Assembly (NCBI GenBank): GCA_934725985.1 | Contig: CAKVCX010000001.1 | Span: 365,910-429,909, forward strand | Origin: an uncultured Bacilli bacterium | GTDB taxonomy: Bacteria > Bacillota_I > Bacilli_A > RFN20 > CAG-826 | DNA: 64,000 bases | Reading direction: 5' to 3' | Shown: one piece after another, positions 49,254 through 59,116 of the stretch | Numbering within the stretch: the stretch's first letter is position 1 | Layout: every line of letters begins with the position of its first letter | Translations under genes and position numbers: made by a program | Notes under the pieces: generated by a model | Told to the model about the DNA's origin: nothing | What the model saw: the letters and a program-made list of their open reading frames with translations, nothing else | The model's database searches: none

Positions 49254-49341
49254 AATTATTCATACTTCTATTTTTATTAAAAAAATAACGCTTAGCTCAT
49301 ATGGGTGTTACAATAAAGAAGAAAAAATAGAGGTGTACAAA

Positions 49342-50811
49342 ATGGAATATGCAATTTTATCTTTATCCATATTAATGGTTTTATTTTCGTTCATTATTTT
49401 ATTATTCGTTATAAAAAATAGAAAAAAGGGTGATTTAAGCCTAGGGGAAAACGAAATAAAGAAAATAAAAGAAAGCGTAGCTGAGTCCATCAACACATTA
49501 AGCGTCTCTATAAGCTCTTTAGTTGCAGAGAAAAACTCTACCCTAATGGATAATTTAGATAAAAAGGTTGATGAATCTATCACAATAGAAAAAGACTTAG
49601 TCAAAGAATTAAATGCATTTAAGGAGCAAACAACTAACCTCCTTAACCAAGGCAATGAGAAAACAAATAAAATTCTTTCCGATTTCGCAAAGCAACATAC
49701 CTTAGAAGCAAATAAAGAAAAAGAAGAGATAATGAATAAGCTCTCTTTGGAAATGAAAGAATTTAACGAAACAGTAAAGAAAACAGTAAATGAATTCAAT
49801 GGATCCATAAAAGAAAAATTAGAAGACTTTAAAAAGAATACCAATGAATCGATAAAAATATTAAGCGAGGCCGTTTTAAGAAACTTATCCGAAATAAGGG
49901 AAGACAATAACAAAAAATTAGAGCAAATAAACCAATCGGTAAACGAAAAGCTTCAAAAGACTTTGGAAGAAAAATTAAAAGATTCCTTTAAAAGCGTTGT
50001 CGAAGGCATAGGCGATGTTAACAAAGCAGTCGGCGAAATCAAAGGCCTTGCCACAGATGTCGGTTCTTTAAAAAATGTCTTAACCAATGTCAAAACAAAA
50101 GGCATCATGGGTGAAGTAATCCTAGGCAACATCATAAGAGAATTCTTAACTACGGGGCAATATGAAGAAAACGTTGTCACAAAAAAGAATTCAAACGAAC
50201 GAGTAGAGTTTGCAATCAAATTGCCCGGAAATAAGGATGAGACAATACTCTTGCCCGTAGATTCAAAATTCCCATACGAAGCCTATTCAAAAATCCATGA
50301 ATCTTCGAACATGGATGAAATAAACGAAGCAAAAAAGCTTTTAAGAAGCAATTTATTAAAATACGCAAAAGACGTAAGCGAGAAATATATAGATGTCCCC
50401 AACACAACAAATTTTGCCGTCATATTCTTGCCATTAGAAGGCTTATATCTAGAAGCCCTTAACATGGGATTATTTGAAGAAATACAAGAAAAATATAACG
50501 TTAATTTAACCGGCCCAACCACTTTTACCGCATTCATCAATTCGCTTAACATGGGATTTAAGTCGTTAATGATTCAAAAGAAAAGCGCGGATGTCTTTAA
50601 GCTACTAGGGGCGGTAAAAACAGAATTTGGAAAATTTGCCGAAGCCTTAGAAAAAACGCAGAAGAAAGTCAATGCAGCAGCAGACGAATTAGATACTTTA
50701 GTAGGCACAAGAACCAAAATGATGAATTCGAAATTAAAGAATATAGACGCATTAGACGAAGCTAGCACAAAGTTATTGTTAGAAGGAAAGGAAAAACAAA
50801 ACGAGAATTAA
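49342..50811 (+). CDS. rmuC: DNA recombination protein RmuC
   Basis: N-terminal TM helix, long coiled-coil, C-terminal RmuC nuclease-like domain (VEFAIKLPGNKDETILLPVDSKFPYEAY). Start at ATG 49342 (GAGGTG RBS). Confidence 0.75.
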   Translation: MEYAILSLSILMVLFSFIILLFVIKNRKKGDLSLGENEIKKIKESVAESINTLSVSISSLVAEKNSTLMDNLDKKVDESITIEKDLVKELNAFKEQTTNLLNQGNEKTNKILSDFAKQHTLEANKEKEEIMNKLSLEMKEFNETVKKTVNEFNGSIKEKLEDFKKNTNESIKILSEAVLRNLSEIREDNNKKLEQINQSVNEKLQKTLEEKLKDSFKSVVEGIGDVNKAVGEIKGLATDVGSLKNVLTNVKTKGIMGEVILGNIIREFLTTGQYEENVVTKKNSNERVEFAIKLPGNKDETILLPVDSKFPYEAYSKIHESSNMDEINEAKKLLRSNLLKYAKDVSEKYIDVPNTTNFAVIFLPLEGLYLEALNMGLFEEIQEKYNVNLTGPTTFTAFINSLNMGFKSLMIQKKSADVFKLLGAVKTEFGKFAEALEKTQKKVNAAADELDTLVGTRTKMMNSKLKNIDALDEASTKLLLEGKEKQNEN

Positions 50812-50870
50812 ACATTTGCTAACGTATCGTTTCTTTTGCAGTCCAAAGCTTAAAAAGTTTTACCAAGACT

Positions 50871-53861
50871 TTAGCTTTCTAATCCAAATCCAAACCAGTC
50901 AAAACTGTTTCTATACTGTCTACGGACTTCCACATCTTTTAAATCTAGTTTGCTTCCTAGCGATTCATTAACAAAAAATTCATGGATATAGTTATTTAAA
51001 ACATCTTCCTGAAAAACTTTATACTTGTTTAAAATCTGGAAATCCTTCTTAGTAATGCCCACCGCTTCCAAAAACACATCAGGATCCGCGTTATTAAATA
51101 TTTCCATAAATGTAGTCTCGCGATATACGCTTATGTAGAGAAATTCAAACAGTCGAGCGAGCAAATGCTTCAAAACGTTATCCGCATCCTCAATTGTTTC
51201 TCCGTTTTTAGGGTCAACAGCAGGAATCAGGTTTGTTTTAACAGCTCTTCTAAACGAATCACGATACCATCTTCTATAAAGCATACCTCTATACTTAATA
51301 GGTATATTCTGCTGTGCATTCAGATATGTCTTAACAAAATTCTCAATAGCAACTTTGGTCCTATTTGTATACTTAATGTCTTCCCCAAAATTCTTTTTTA
51401 TTTCATCAATAAATTTAACTCCATCCGTATAGCCGCATTGTTCTTTCTTAATAGGGGCATTCACTCCGGATTGATACCCTTTTTTAAAACCATTTGTATA
51501 CCAAGTCTGTTCGGCTGGCTCTAATCCTTTTGGGCAAAATTCCTTAATATAATCAGATAGGGCTGTCTCGAATTCAATCTGTACTTGATTATCGTCATAA
51601 TCGACATATTTTTTGTAATCTAGTTGCCCTAATTCGTAACCTTTGTCTCTACCTTCTTTTGCAATCTTAGTATCGAAACCACTTTCAGGTTTTGCAGGAA
51701 CTGTTGCAGTCTTAGTCTTTCCAAATTTAGCGTGAGCAAAAACCCTTTTAATAATGTCGCTAACCTCTTTATCGTTTAACATTTCCGCCATCGTTTCTTC
51801 ATCAAGCATTCTGGTTGTTTTAGTTGTGTCTACAATTTTTTTAGACAAAGGAATTCCGCTTGAATCGCCGTATTGAGCAAGTTCATAGAAAACTTGTTCT
51901 GATATTGGATCAGACATATCGCCATTTATGAAAATGGGCATATATTTAACAATTAATTTTGCGATTTCCAATTTGGTCGTTTGCTCATTCTCTGATTGTT
52001 CAGCGTATTTTAAAAGCAAAGCGCTAGCCCTATCTATATTAAAATCATATACGTACCCATCTTTTTTCTTAATTTTGCCATTTTCAACATATGGGGTTTG
52101 AATCCTAAAAATAGCTTGAAAATATTGTTCTGGGCTAGCTAAATCCTTAAGAACGAATACGCTGGACCATTTCTTAACAGTAACGCCAATAGTAAGTTTG
52201 TTGACTGTTATCGCAATAGACCCAAGCTTATTGGTGTTCTCAGATTCGGTGATACCATTCATTAAATACTCGAAAGCGCAATTTCCTGCCCCGACACCAT
52301 CTTTGGAAAGATTAATGATTTGGTATCTAGAAAAATAAGAATCCAACTTCAAAAGGTTTTCCATTGCCTTACACGACTTAACCGTTGGCATAAGCCACAA
52401 TGTATGGATGTTATTTTGAAGCATTTGGGGATTAGAATAAGGGAAGTTATCGCCAAAAGTAGAACGACCCTTTATAATTTCAAGCCATTTCTTTATTTCA
52501 CCCTCGTAAATGAACGTGCAGGGTTCATTCGGATTGTTCTCTTGCCTTGTCTCGAAGAATTTGTTCAAAGAGAAATATTTTTTTGTTAGCAATCTGTCCT
52601 CAGAAAAGACCGAGGCGGTAAGGTTGCCGAAAAGCCTGGACATGTTGTATCCGAATATCTTCATGTCTGGGAAAGAGGCGTAGCTTGGATTCACGACCGA
52701 GAAATCGCCCTTGTCGCTATTGGGGTATTTGTTCCTTTGCTCATCAAAATAAGAGTATGTAAATGAGGACTGGTCCGTGAATTCGCCTCTAGCCAATGCT
52801 TTAAATGGAGTTCCTGACAAGCAAATTGTTTGCTTAGTCTTTATATTAAATTTTTTAATAACGTCGCCAGCTTTTTTCAATTGATCCTGATAATTACTAT
52901 CAAGATCTTCACTTTTTTCTTCCTTTACTTTTAAAGTACCTTGGGTTCTTTGATTCCACGCGCCAAAATGGTATTCATCAAGTATTACCACGTCCCAATC
53001 TATGTCTTGCAATTGTTGGATTTTACTTTTAACATCTGTGTCCTTTTCTTTGCCTAAATAATTCTGTAAGGATAAGAAAAGAACATAAGGGTCATTAATA
53101 GAAGTCAGCTTAAAATTTTTTCTTCTTAAATTATCATCAGTGAAATATCTATAATTTTTCTTTATGTGTCTTAGATCCTCGCGCCAAGAAGATTCAACAG
53201 CGGGAATAAAAGTAAGAATCAATATTCTTTCTAAATTATGGTCTTCGCAATATTTGTATGTCGTGAAAGATTTTCCAAATCTCATTTTGCAGTTCAAAAG
53301 AAATCTTCCTCTAGGATTCCTAGAAAAATAATAGTTCATGGCGTCAATACAACCCTGTTGTTCTTTTCTAGGGATATAGATTTCCTTGTTTTCATCCGTA
53401 TGCCTCAAGGAATTGAAGATTTGGATGAGTTCATCCGTTGGGACGTTTGTGAACCATTCCTGTTCTTTTTCAACTATCCCCGCATTTGACTTTTTAATTT
53501 CATTATGAACGGAATAGTCCTTGAAGGAGTCGTTTTTTGCATCTAGGCAAATTCCCCAATAAGTGACTTCCCTTTCTAATCCGTATTTTTGATATTGTTC
53601 ATCGGTAAGAGCTAATTCATGTCGCTGATCGTGAATTCTAGATTTGATTGCATGCCAAAAAGTCTCACCAATTTTGCATTTTGTCATCCCCACTTTGATC
53701 CCGTGCGTTTGAAACCAGGGCAGCAAATACATATAGATGAGAATCAGTGAACCATCGGTATTGTTCTTATCATCCAAACTAAAAATAGTTTTATTTTCTT
53801 GGTATTGAATGGCATCCGTTTTATTAATGTCAGGCGATTTAGTAACTAAGATATCTTCCAT
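50871..53861 (-). CDS. GIY-YIG/T5orf172-like nuclease domain fused to SNF2-like SF2 helicase (996 aa), third gene of MTase operon
   Basis: N-terminal ~100 aa LILIYMYLLPWFQTHGIKVGMTKCKIGETFWHAIKSRIHDQRHE (GIY…YIG-like, Arg, Glu); Walker A KMRFGKSFT; motif II ILDEYHFGAW (DExH); motif III CLSGTPF (SNF2-like TGTP); motif VI-like QAIFRIQTP; ~350 aa C-terminal domain of unknown function. Confidence 0.55.
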   Translation of the reverse strand: MEDILVTKSPDINKTDAIQYQENKTIFSLDDKNNTDGSLILIYMYLLPWFQTHGIKVGMTKCKIGETFWHAIKSRIHDQRHELALTDEQYQKYGLEREVTYWGICLDAKNDSFKDYSVHNEIKKSNAGIVEKEQEWFTNVPTDELIQIFNSLRHTDENKEIYIPRKEQQGCIDAMNYYFSRNPRGRFLLNCKMRFGKSFTTYKYCEDHNLERILILTFIPAVESSWREDLRHIKKNYRYFTDDNLRRKNFKLTSINDPYVLFLSLQNYLGKEKDTDVKSKIQQLQDIDWDVVILDEYHFGAWNQRTQGTLKVKEEKSEDLDSNYQDQLKKAGDVIKKFNIKTKQTICLSGTPFKALARGEFTDQSSFTYSYFDEQRNKYPNSDKGDFSVVNPSYASFPDMKIFGYNMSRLFGNLTASVFSEDRLLTKKYFSLNKFFETRQENNPNEPCTFIYEGEIKKWLEIIKGRSTFGDNFPYSNPQMLQNNIHTLWLMPTVKSCKAMENLLKLDSYFSRYQIINLSKDGVGAGNCAFEYLMNGITESENTNKLGSIAITVNKLTIGVTVKKWSSVFVLKDLASPEQYFQAIFRIQTPYVENGKIKKKDGYVYDFNIDRASALLLKYAEQSENEQTTKLEIAKLIVKYMPIFINGDMSDPISEQVFYELAQYGDSSGIPLSKKIVDTTKTTRMLDEETMAEMLNDKEVSDIIKRVFAHAKFGKTKTATVPAKPESGFDTKIAKEGRDKGYELGQLDYKKYVDYDDNQVQIEFETALSDYIKEFCPKGLEPAEQTWYTNGFKKGYQSGVNAPIKKEQCGYTDGVKFIDEIKKNFGEDIKYTNRTKVAIENFVKTYLNAQQNIPIKYRGMLYRRWYRDSFRRAVKTNLIPAVDPKNGETIEDADNVLKHLLARLFEFLYISVYRETTFMEIFNNADPDVFLEAVGITKKDFQILNKYKVFQEDVLNNYIHEFFVNESLGSKLDLKDVEVRRQYRNSFDWFGFGLES

Positions 53862-53862
53862 G

Positions 53863-55596
53863 TTACTTCATCTCCTTGACATTACTTTCTATGAATTCAC
53901 GCTCTTCTGGCGAAAAGCCAAACAAATCAAAGAGTTCCTTATCTGTCCATTTTTTATCAAAATTGAGCAAAGGTATATAACCATAAACGCTTTGTGATGC
54001 GTTTTGATCTAATTTTCGAATTCCTAAAATTGCCCTAAAGAATTTAGTTTTAGCGTATTCCCAGCAATTTTTTGCTTCTTTTTCAGTCTTAAAAGGTCCA
54101 AATACAACATAGGTTTCGGTACATAATTCATTGGGGCCGCCTAATATCGGGTCGGATAACGTTTCTCCAAAAATTCCGCTCCCTTGATTTCTAGCAACGA
54201 AAAGTTTATAGCCCGGCAACAAATCTCTTTTGGGGAGAGGATAGTTTGATGGGATATATCTTATAACTCGTTTTAAATGCTCATCTAAACCATGAACAAT
54301 AAGGCCTTGGTTAACTTTTCCTTTGCTCATTTGGGGAAGGGCGTACTTACCAGGGTCTTTGAAGATGTCGCCGCGTAAGCCATATGGCTTAAGCGGCGAC
54401 ACGATTTTCGAAAATGAGCCACCTTTGTATGCTGTTACCTTTTTATAAATACTTACTAATCTACTATCCCTAATAAACACGTCAGTGTTGCCTTCTTTAA
54501 GGAATCTTTCAGATTCTATTTCTTTGTCAACGTTGTGCTGAATTATTTTACATTTTCCTTCTTCATCACGATTCCAAAGGAAAAAGCAGACACCGCCCTT
54601 TATATCGTTATTTGAAAAACACATTTTCCCATCAGGAAAATCATTCAAGGAACGAATGTGTTTATCCGAAATCATTAAGCTTCTAAATTCATCAAGCCCC
54701 TTTCCGCCGGTCATCCATCTTGAAGGCATAATCATGCTTATATATTTAGGTTTTAAGGAAATTGCCTGTTGAACGAATAGCTGATAAATAGGCCTTGCGC
54801 TCGCTTGAGCGCCACCATCACTCAATTGATAAGGTGGATTGCCAATTATGATATCGAATTTCATTTCCCTATTGCCTCCAAAGAATCTATCTTGCAAATG
54901 CCTTAGCAATTCATCGCTCTTAAAATGGATGAATTCATAAGCATATGTTTCACGTTGATTAACATCGTTATAAATTGATGCGCCGTTAATCCCACAATAC
55001 TTGCACTTATATTTTTTCTTTTCTTCATCGGAGCAAGAATTGGGCATCAATCTTCCTTTTTCATCTACAAACGTATGATTGATATTGGGGGTTTTGATGT
55101 TACCCTCTTCATCCTCGAACCAACTTCCATTGCCAATAGCATAACCGTTAATATAATGCCCATCGTTAGCTTTGATTCCATCGCATTTTCTATTTGCTTG
55201 GGAACAATAATAAACCGTTCTTCTAGCAACATTGGAAGTAAATCTGGTCTGACCAATCGAATAAATCATGTTTCGCAGAATGTGTTTCCTTCTTTGTTCG
55301 GTGTTGGGAATGATTTCTTTAAGACCATCATCCAATCTTATTGCAATCTCCCTTTCGAAGATTCCATTTTTTGTAGCTGGATTCAGCCATTTGTAATTAG
55401 GATTGTGCCAGACTTCCTCAGGAAGAGAATCCAAAATTATGTCGCATGTTTTTCTTGGAGTAAAAACCTCATCGTTGCCTACGTTTGTAATCGTTTCAAG
55501 AATATCAAAATTTTCTATATATTCATTCGCGGATTCCACTGCAGTTTTGTATTTATCTTCAGCTTCTAAAGCATCATTTTTCATCATCATAACCAC
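53863..55596 (-). CDS. gamma-class N6-adenine DNA methyltransferase (Eco57I/TaqI-like)
   Basis: Motif X GNDEVFTPRK, motif I LNPATKNG, motif IV FDIIIGNPPYQ in gamma-class order; 577 aa. Confidence 0.8.
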   Translation of the reverse strand: MVMMMKNDALEAEDKYKTAVESANEYIENFDILETITNVGNDEVFTPRKTCDIILDSLPEEVWHNPNYKWLNPATKNGIFEREIAIRLDDGLKEIIPNTEQRRKHILRNMIYSIGQTRFTSNVARRTVYYCSQANRKCDGIKANDGHYINGYAIGNGSWFEDEEGNIKTPNINHTFVDEKGRLMPNSCSDEEKKKYKCKYCGINGASIYNDVNQRETYAYEFIHFKSDELLRHLQDRFFGGNREMKFDIIIGNPPYQLSDGGAQASARPIYQLFVQQAISLKPKYISMIMPSRWMTGGKGLDEFRSLMISDKHIRSLNDFPDGKMCFSNNDIKGGVCFFLWNRDEEGKCKIIQHNVDKEIESERFLKEGNTDVFIRDSRLVSIYKKVTAYKGGSFSKIVSPLKPYGLRGDIFKDPGKYALPQMSKGKVNQGLIVHGLDEHLKRVIRYIPSNYPLPKRDLLPGYKLFVARNQGSGIFGETLSDPILGGPNELCTETYVVFGPFKTEKEAKNCWEYAKTKFFRAILGIRKLDQNASQSVYGYIPLLNFDKKWTDKELFDLFGFSPEEREFIESNVKEMK

Positions 55597-56569
55597 TATT
55601 CCCCCACATTAATGATACAAACTTGATTTCCTGATCCTTCTCCCAATCCATAATGACACATCTCTTTCCGTTATGCTTTTTGGGATCATTATTTTTACAG
55701 CCCGGACAAATATCAAACTTAGGCTCTTCTAATTCACCAAACAAGCTCAGCTGAACTGCTTTTTTTACTTCGTTATGGCATGAAAAAGGGACTACGTATT
55801 TTAATCCGTCCATTTGCCAAATATTCCAACTAATAATTGTTGCTACATTAATCAGCAATTCTTTATCCGGCAATTTATCAAATCTATCAAGATAATAATC
55901 GATAAAATCAAAAAATATGTTCTCGCGTGCTATTAAAAGATTATCCCCCTGGAATTCGTAACCATAAATTGACTTTAAGGCCTTCATTGCATATTCAAGC
56001 CATTCGTCATCACTAGAAGCGTTCTCCTTTATAACCCTAAATTTCCTATCTAAAAGACCAACTCTATTTTTAATTTCTATTATTTGGCCGTTTACTGCAT
56101 CATATCTTGATACTAAATATGGAGCCTCCCCACAGCAAACCTCTAAGCGGATATCGTTTACATAATCAATCCAAGTTTTACCACAATCAAAAATTACTTT
56201 TTCAGTTGGCGTCCAAGTATTATCTAAATTCTCTATATTAAACTTTCCTTTATTGCCAAACCATGCATCATCGACTAAATTATTTTGCTTATTCACAAGC
56301 CAAGATGGAGTAAAAACCTCAGCGTTATCTTTGCTTCTTTTTACTTGTTCAGCCTTGCTCTTTTCTATTCTTGGCCTGATAGCACGTATTCCGCTAAGCA
56401 CGTGCATTGGTTTGATTTCATTAGTAGGCGAATAACCTTTGCCTTTATTTTTGTAATGATCTGTAGCCCAGATAATGTTTTTGTTCGTCGTTCTATCTAA
56501 TAGAAGAGCGGAAAGGATTTCAGGGAAAGAAGAATACACTTCATTTAAATTTATTTCACTTTCAGCCAT
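55574..56569 (-). CDS. methyltransferase-like N-terminal fragment-type protein with C-terminal zinc ribbon (first gene of operon)
   Basis: AEVFTPSWLV (motif X-like) and a possible degenerate motif I (LEVCCGEAPY) but no NPPY; C-terminal CHNEV…CPGCKNND CxxC-type ribbon; 23-nt overlap with the MTase gene. Confidence 0.4.
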   Translation of the reverse strand: MAESEINLNEVYSSFPEILSALLLDRTTNKNIIWATDHYKNKGKGYSPTNEIKPMHVLSGIRAIRPRIEKSKAEQVKRSKDNAEVFTPSWLVNKQNNLVDDAWFGNKGKFNIENLDNTWTPTEKVIFDCGKTWIDYVNDIRLEVCCGEAPYLVSRYDAVNGQIIEIKNRVGLLDRKFRVIKENASSDDEWLEYAMKALKSIYGYEFQGDNLLIARENIFFDFIDYYLDRFDKLPDKELLINVATIISWNIWQMDGLKYVVPFSCHNEVKKAVQLSLFGELEEPKFDICPGCKNNDPKKHNGKRCVIMDWEKDQEIKFVSLMWGNSGYDDEK

Positions 56570-56782
56570 CGCTTTTCCATCCGTTTCATTATATTTAGAT
56601 ATTAATGTAGCATTTTTAAGAATAAAGCACTACAAACTTAGCGAACCATTTTTAGAAAATGTTAAAAATAAAAAATACTATAAACAAAAAAATAAAAGAA
56701 TAACCAAAAAACCATCCGCTGAGGATTTCTAAAATTTAATTTTATTTAAAAATTCTAATTATTCAAAAACGCTTTTTGATAA

Positions 56783-58888
56783 TCAAATATGGAAAAGAAT
56801 ATCTCCATACGTAGGAACTGGCCATAAAGACTTAGGGACCAATAATTCAGCCTCGTCTATAGGAGCACGTAATTCTTTCATGGCTTTTTTAAGTTTTGTG
56901 CTAGCAAAGAACGCCTTTTCTTCCTCACCATTTATTTGACTATCTTCCTCAATTAAAGAATCTAGTTTTTCTAACGCAAGGAAGGAACGGTTTAAGACGT
57001 CTATTAATTTTTCTTTTGTCTTGAAAACGGGAAGGCAAGAAGAACCAATTCCTTTTTCTTCTTCTAAAATATTATTTAAGGCATTATGAATGCAAGGAAG
57101 GAATAGCTTATGTGCCATTCTAGACATGGTTTTGGCCTCGATTATGGCTTTGTTATGATAATCTTGATATTTAATATTTACTCTAGATAGAATTTCTTTT
57201 TCTTTAAATACACCACTGCCAATCAACATTTCGAAATTTTCTTTTCTAGTATAGGCTTTAATGGCCTCAGGAGTCGTCCTTAGATTCATTAAGCCTCTTT
57301 TAGCAGCTTCCTTTTCCCATTCCTTGCTATAACCATCCCCGTTAAAGACAATACGTTTATGTTCTTTTATTGTCTTTTTAATCCATTCTAAAGATGTTTG
57401 CTCTTTATCAACACTTTTTTCTAACATAGCAGAGAGTTCATTTAACCCTTCGGATAAAACAACGTTTAAAAAAGTATTAGGTTCGGCAATATTTTGCTCA
57501 CTACCAACCATTCTAAATTCAAACCTATTGCCCGTAAAGGCAAAAGGAGAAGTTCTATTCCTGTCCATATCGTCCTTAGGAAAAGAAGGTAACGTCTTGC
57601 TTCCATTTATAAAACTTTTAATATTTTCGCTAGTTTTTAAATCATTATTAAGAACTTCTTCTATAAGACTTGTTAAGGCTTCGCCTAAATAAATACTTAA
57701 TATAGCCGGAGGGGCTTCGTTCGCGCCTAGCCTAAAGTCATTGCCATAACTAGCAACCGATTCTCTTAGTAAATCAGAATGCAAATCAACGCCCCGCAAA
57801 ATAGAAGAAAGGAAAATAAGGAATCTTAGATTGCTTTTTTTATCTTTGCCTGGTGAAAATAAGTTAATCCCAGTGTCTGTTCCGACTGACCAATTGTTAT
57901 GCTTACCCGAACCATTTATTCCTTCAAATGGTTTTTCAGCAAGTAGGCAAATCATGCCATGGTGCTTAGCAATACGTTTTAATAAACGCATGACCAATTG
58001 ATTTTGATCGCAAGATAAACTAGAAGGGGCATAAATACAAGCCAGTTCATGTTGGCTTGGTGCAACTTCGTTATGCTCGGTCTTAGCTGGGATCCCAAGT
58101 TTCCATAAAGCATCATTAACCTCTTGCATAAAAGAAGAAATTTTTTCTCTTATTGGTCCAAAATAATGATCATCCAATTCTTGTCCTTTTGGAGATGACG
58201 CCCCAAAAAGAGTACGACCCGTGTATACAATATCTTTTCTTTTTAAGTAATCTTGGCTTTCGATTAAAAAATATTCCTGTTCAGCTCCGGCATAACTATA
58301 TACGTGTTTAACATCGTTATATCCTAATAAATGTAAAAGTCTTATTACTGACTCATTTAAATAATCTTCGCTCCTTAGCAATGGAGTTTTATCATCTAAA
58401 GCCTCGCCATTATACGAACAAAAAGCCGTCGGTATATATAAAATTGCACCATATTCATCATCTAAAACAAAAGCAGGGCTTGTTGCATCCCAAACCGTAT
58501 ATCCTCTTGCTTCAAAAGTTGCACGTAATCCACCAGAAGGAAAACTAGAAGCATCCGGTTCCCCCTTTATTAATTCTTTGCCGCTAAAATCAAAGGAAAT
58601 CTTCCCGTCTTCATTAGGTTTGCCGATAAAGGCATCATGTTTTTCGGCAGTCAAGCCATTAAGAGGCTGAAACCAATGGGTATAATGGGTCGCCCCTTTA
58701 TCAAGCGCCCAATTTAATAAACCCTTGGCTACTTCATCGGCAAAAGAAGGATCGAGTTCTTTTCTTTCCTTTGTAGCCTCATTTAAGGCATTATAGGCTT
58801 CTATGCTTAAATACTTTCTTTTTTCTTCATCATTAAAAACGTTAATTCCAAAATTGTTTTGGAAATAGTTAGTTTCTTTTTTGCCCAT
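56783..58888 (-). CDS. glnN: glutamine synthetase type III
   Basis: 701 aa, GSIII-size; N-terminal GSIII-specific region and GS catalytic-domain motifs (e.g. NGSGKHNNWS). Confidence 0.8.
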   Translation of the reverse strand: MGKKETNYFQNNFGINVFNDEEKRKYLSIEAYNALNEATKERKELDPSFADEVAKGLLNWALDKGATHYTHWFQPLNGLTAEKHDAFIGKPNEDGKISFDFSGKELIKGEPDASSFPSGGLRATFEARGYTVWDATSPAFVLDDEYGAILYIPTAFCSYNGEALDDKTPLLRSEDYLNESVIRLLHLLGYNDVKHVYSYAGAEQEYFLIESQDYLKRKDIVYTGRTLFGASSPKGQELDDHYFGPIREKISSFMQEVNDALWKLGIPAKTEHNEVAPSQHELACIYAPSSLSCDQNQLVMRLLKRIAKHHGMICLLAEKPFEGINGSGKHNNWSVGTDTGINLFSPGKDKKSNLRFLIFLSSILRGVDLHSDLLRESVASYGNDFRLGANEAPPAILSIYLGEALTSLIEEVLNNDLKTSENIKSFINGSKTLPSFPKDDMDRNRTSPFAFTGNRFEFRMVGSEQNIAEPNTFLNVVLSEGLNELSAMLEKSVDKEQTSLEWIKKTIKEHKRIVFNGDGYSKEWEKEAAKRGLMNLRTTPEAIKAYTRKENFEMLIGSGVFKEKEILSRVNIKYQDYHNKAIIEAKTMSRMAHKLFLPCIHNALNNILEEEKGIGSSCLPVFKTKEKLIDVLNRSFLALEKLDSLIEEDSQINGEEEKAFFASTKLKKAMKELRAPIDEAELLVPKSLWPVPTYGDILFHI

Positions 58889-59116
58889 AGTTTTCTCCCT
58901 TGATGGTTTTAAAGCTATTTATTAGGAAGATAAATTCCTATGGTTCTTTATTCTTGCACGTGTAGAAAAAATATAAACAATAAAAGCGCTTTCTTGATAA
59001 AAAAATTAAAAAGACCTCTTAAACTAAAATGATGTTTTTTAGTTTTAAAACTATGGTTTTTGCTATTTTCTTTTGTTTTTCTTTTAATTATGTAGTTTTT
59101 AAACTATACTTTTTAC

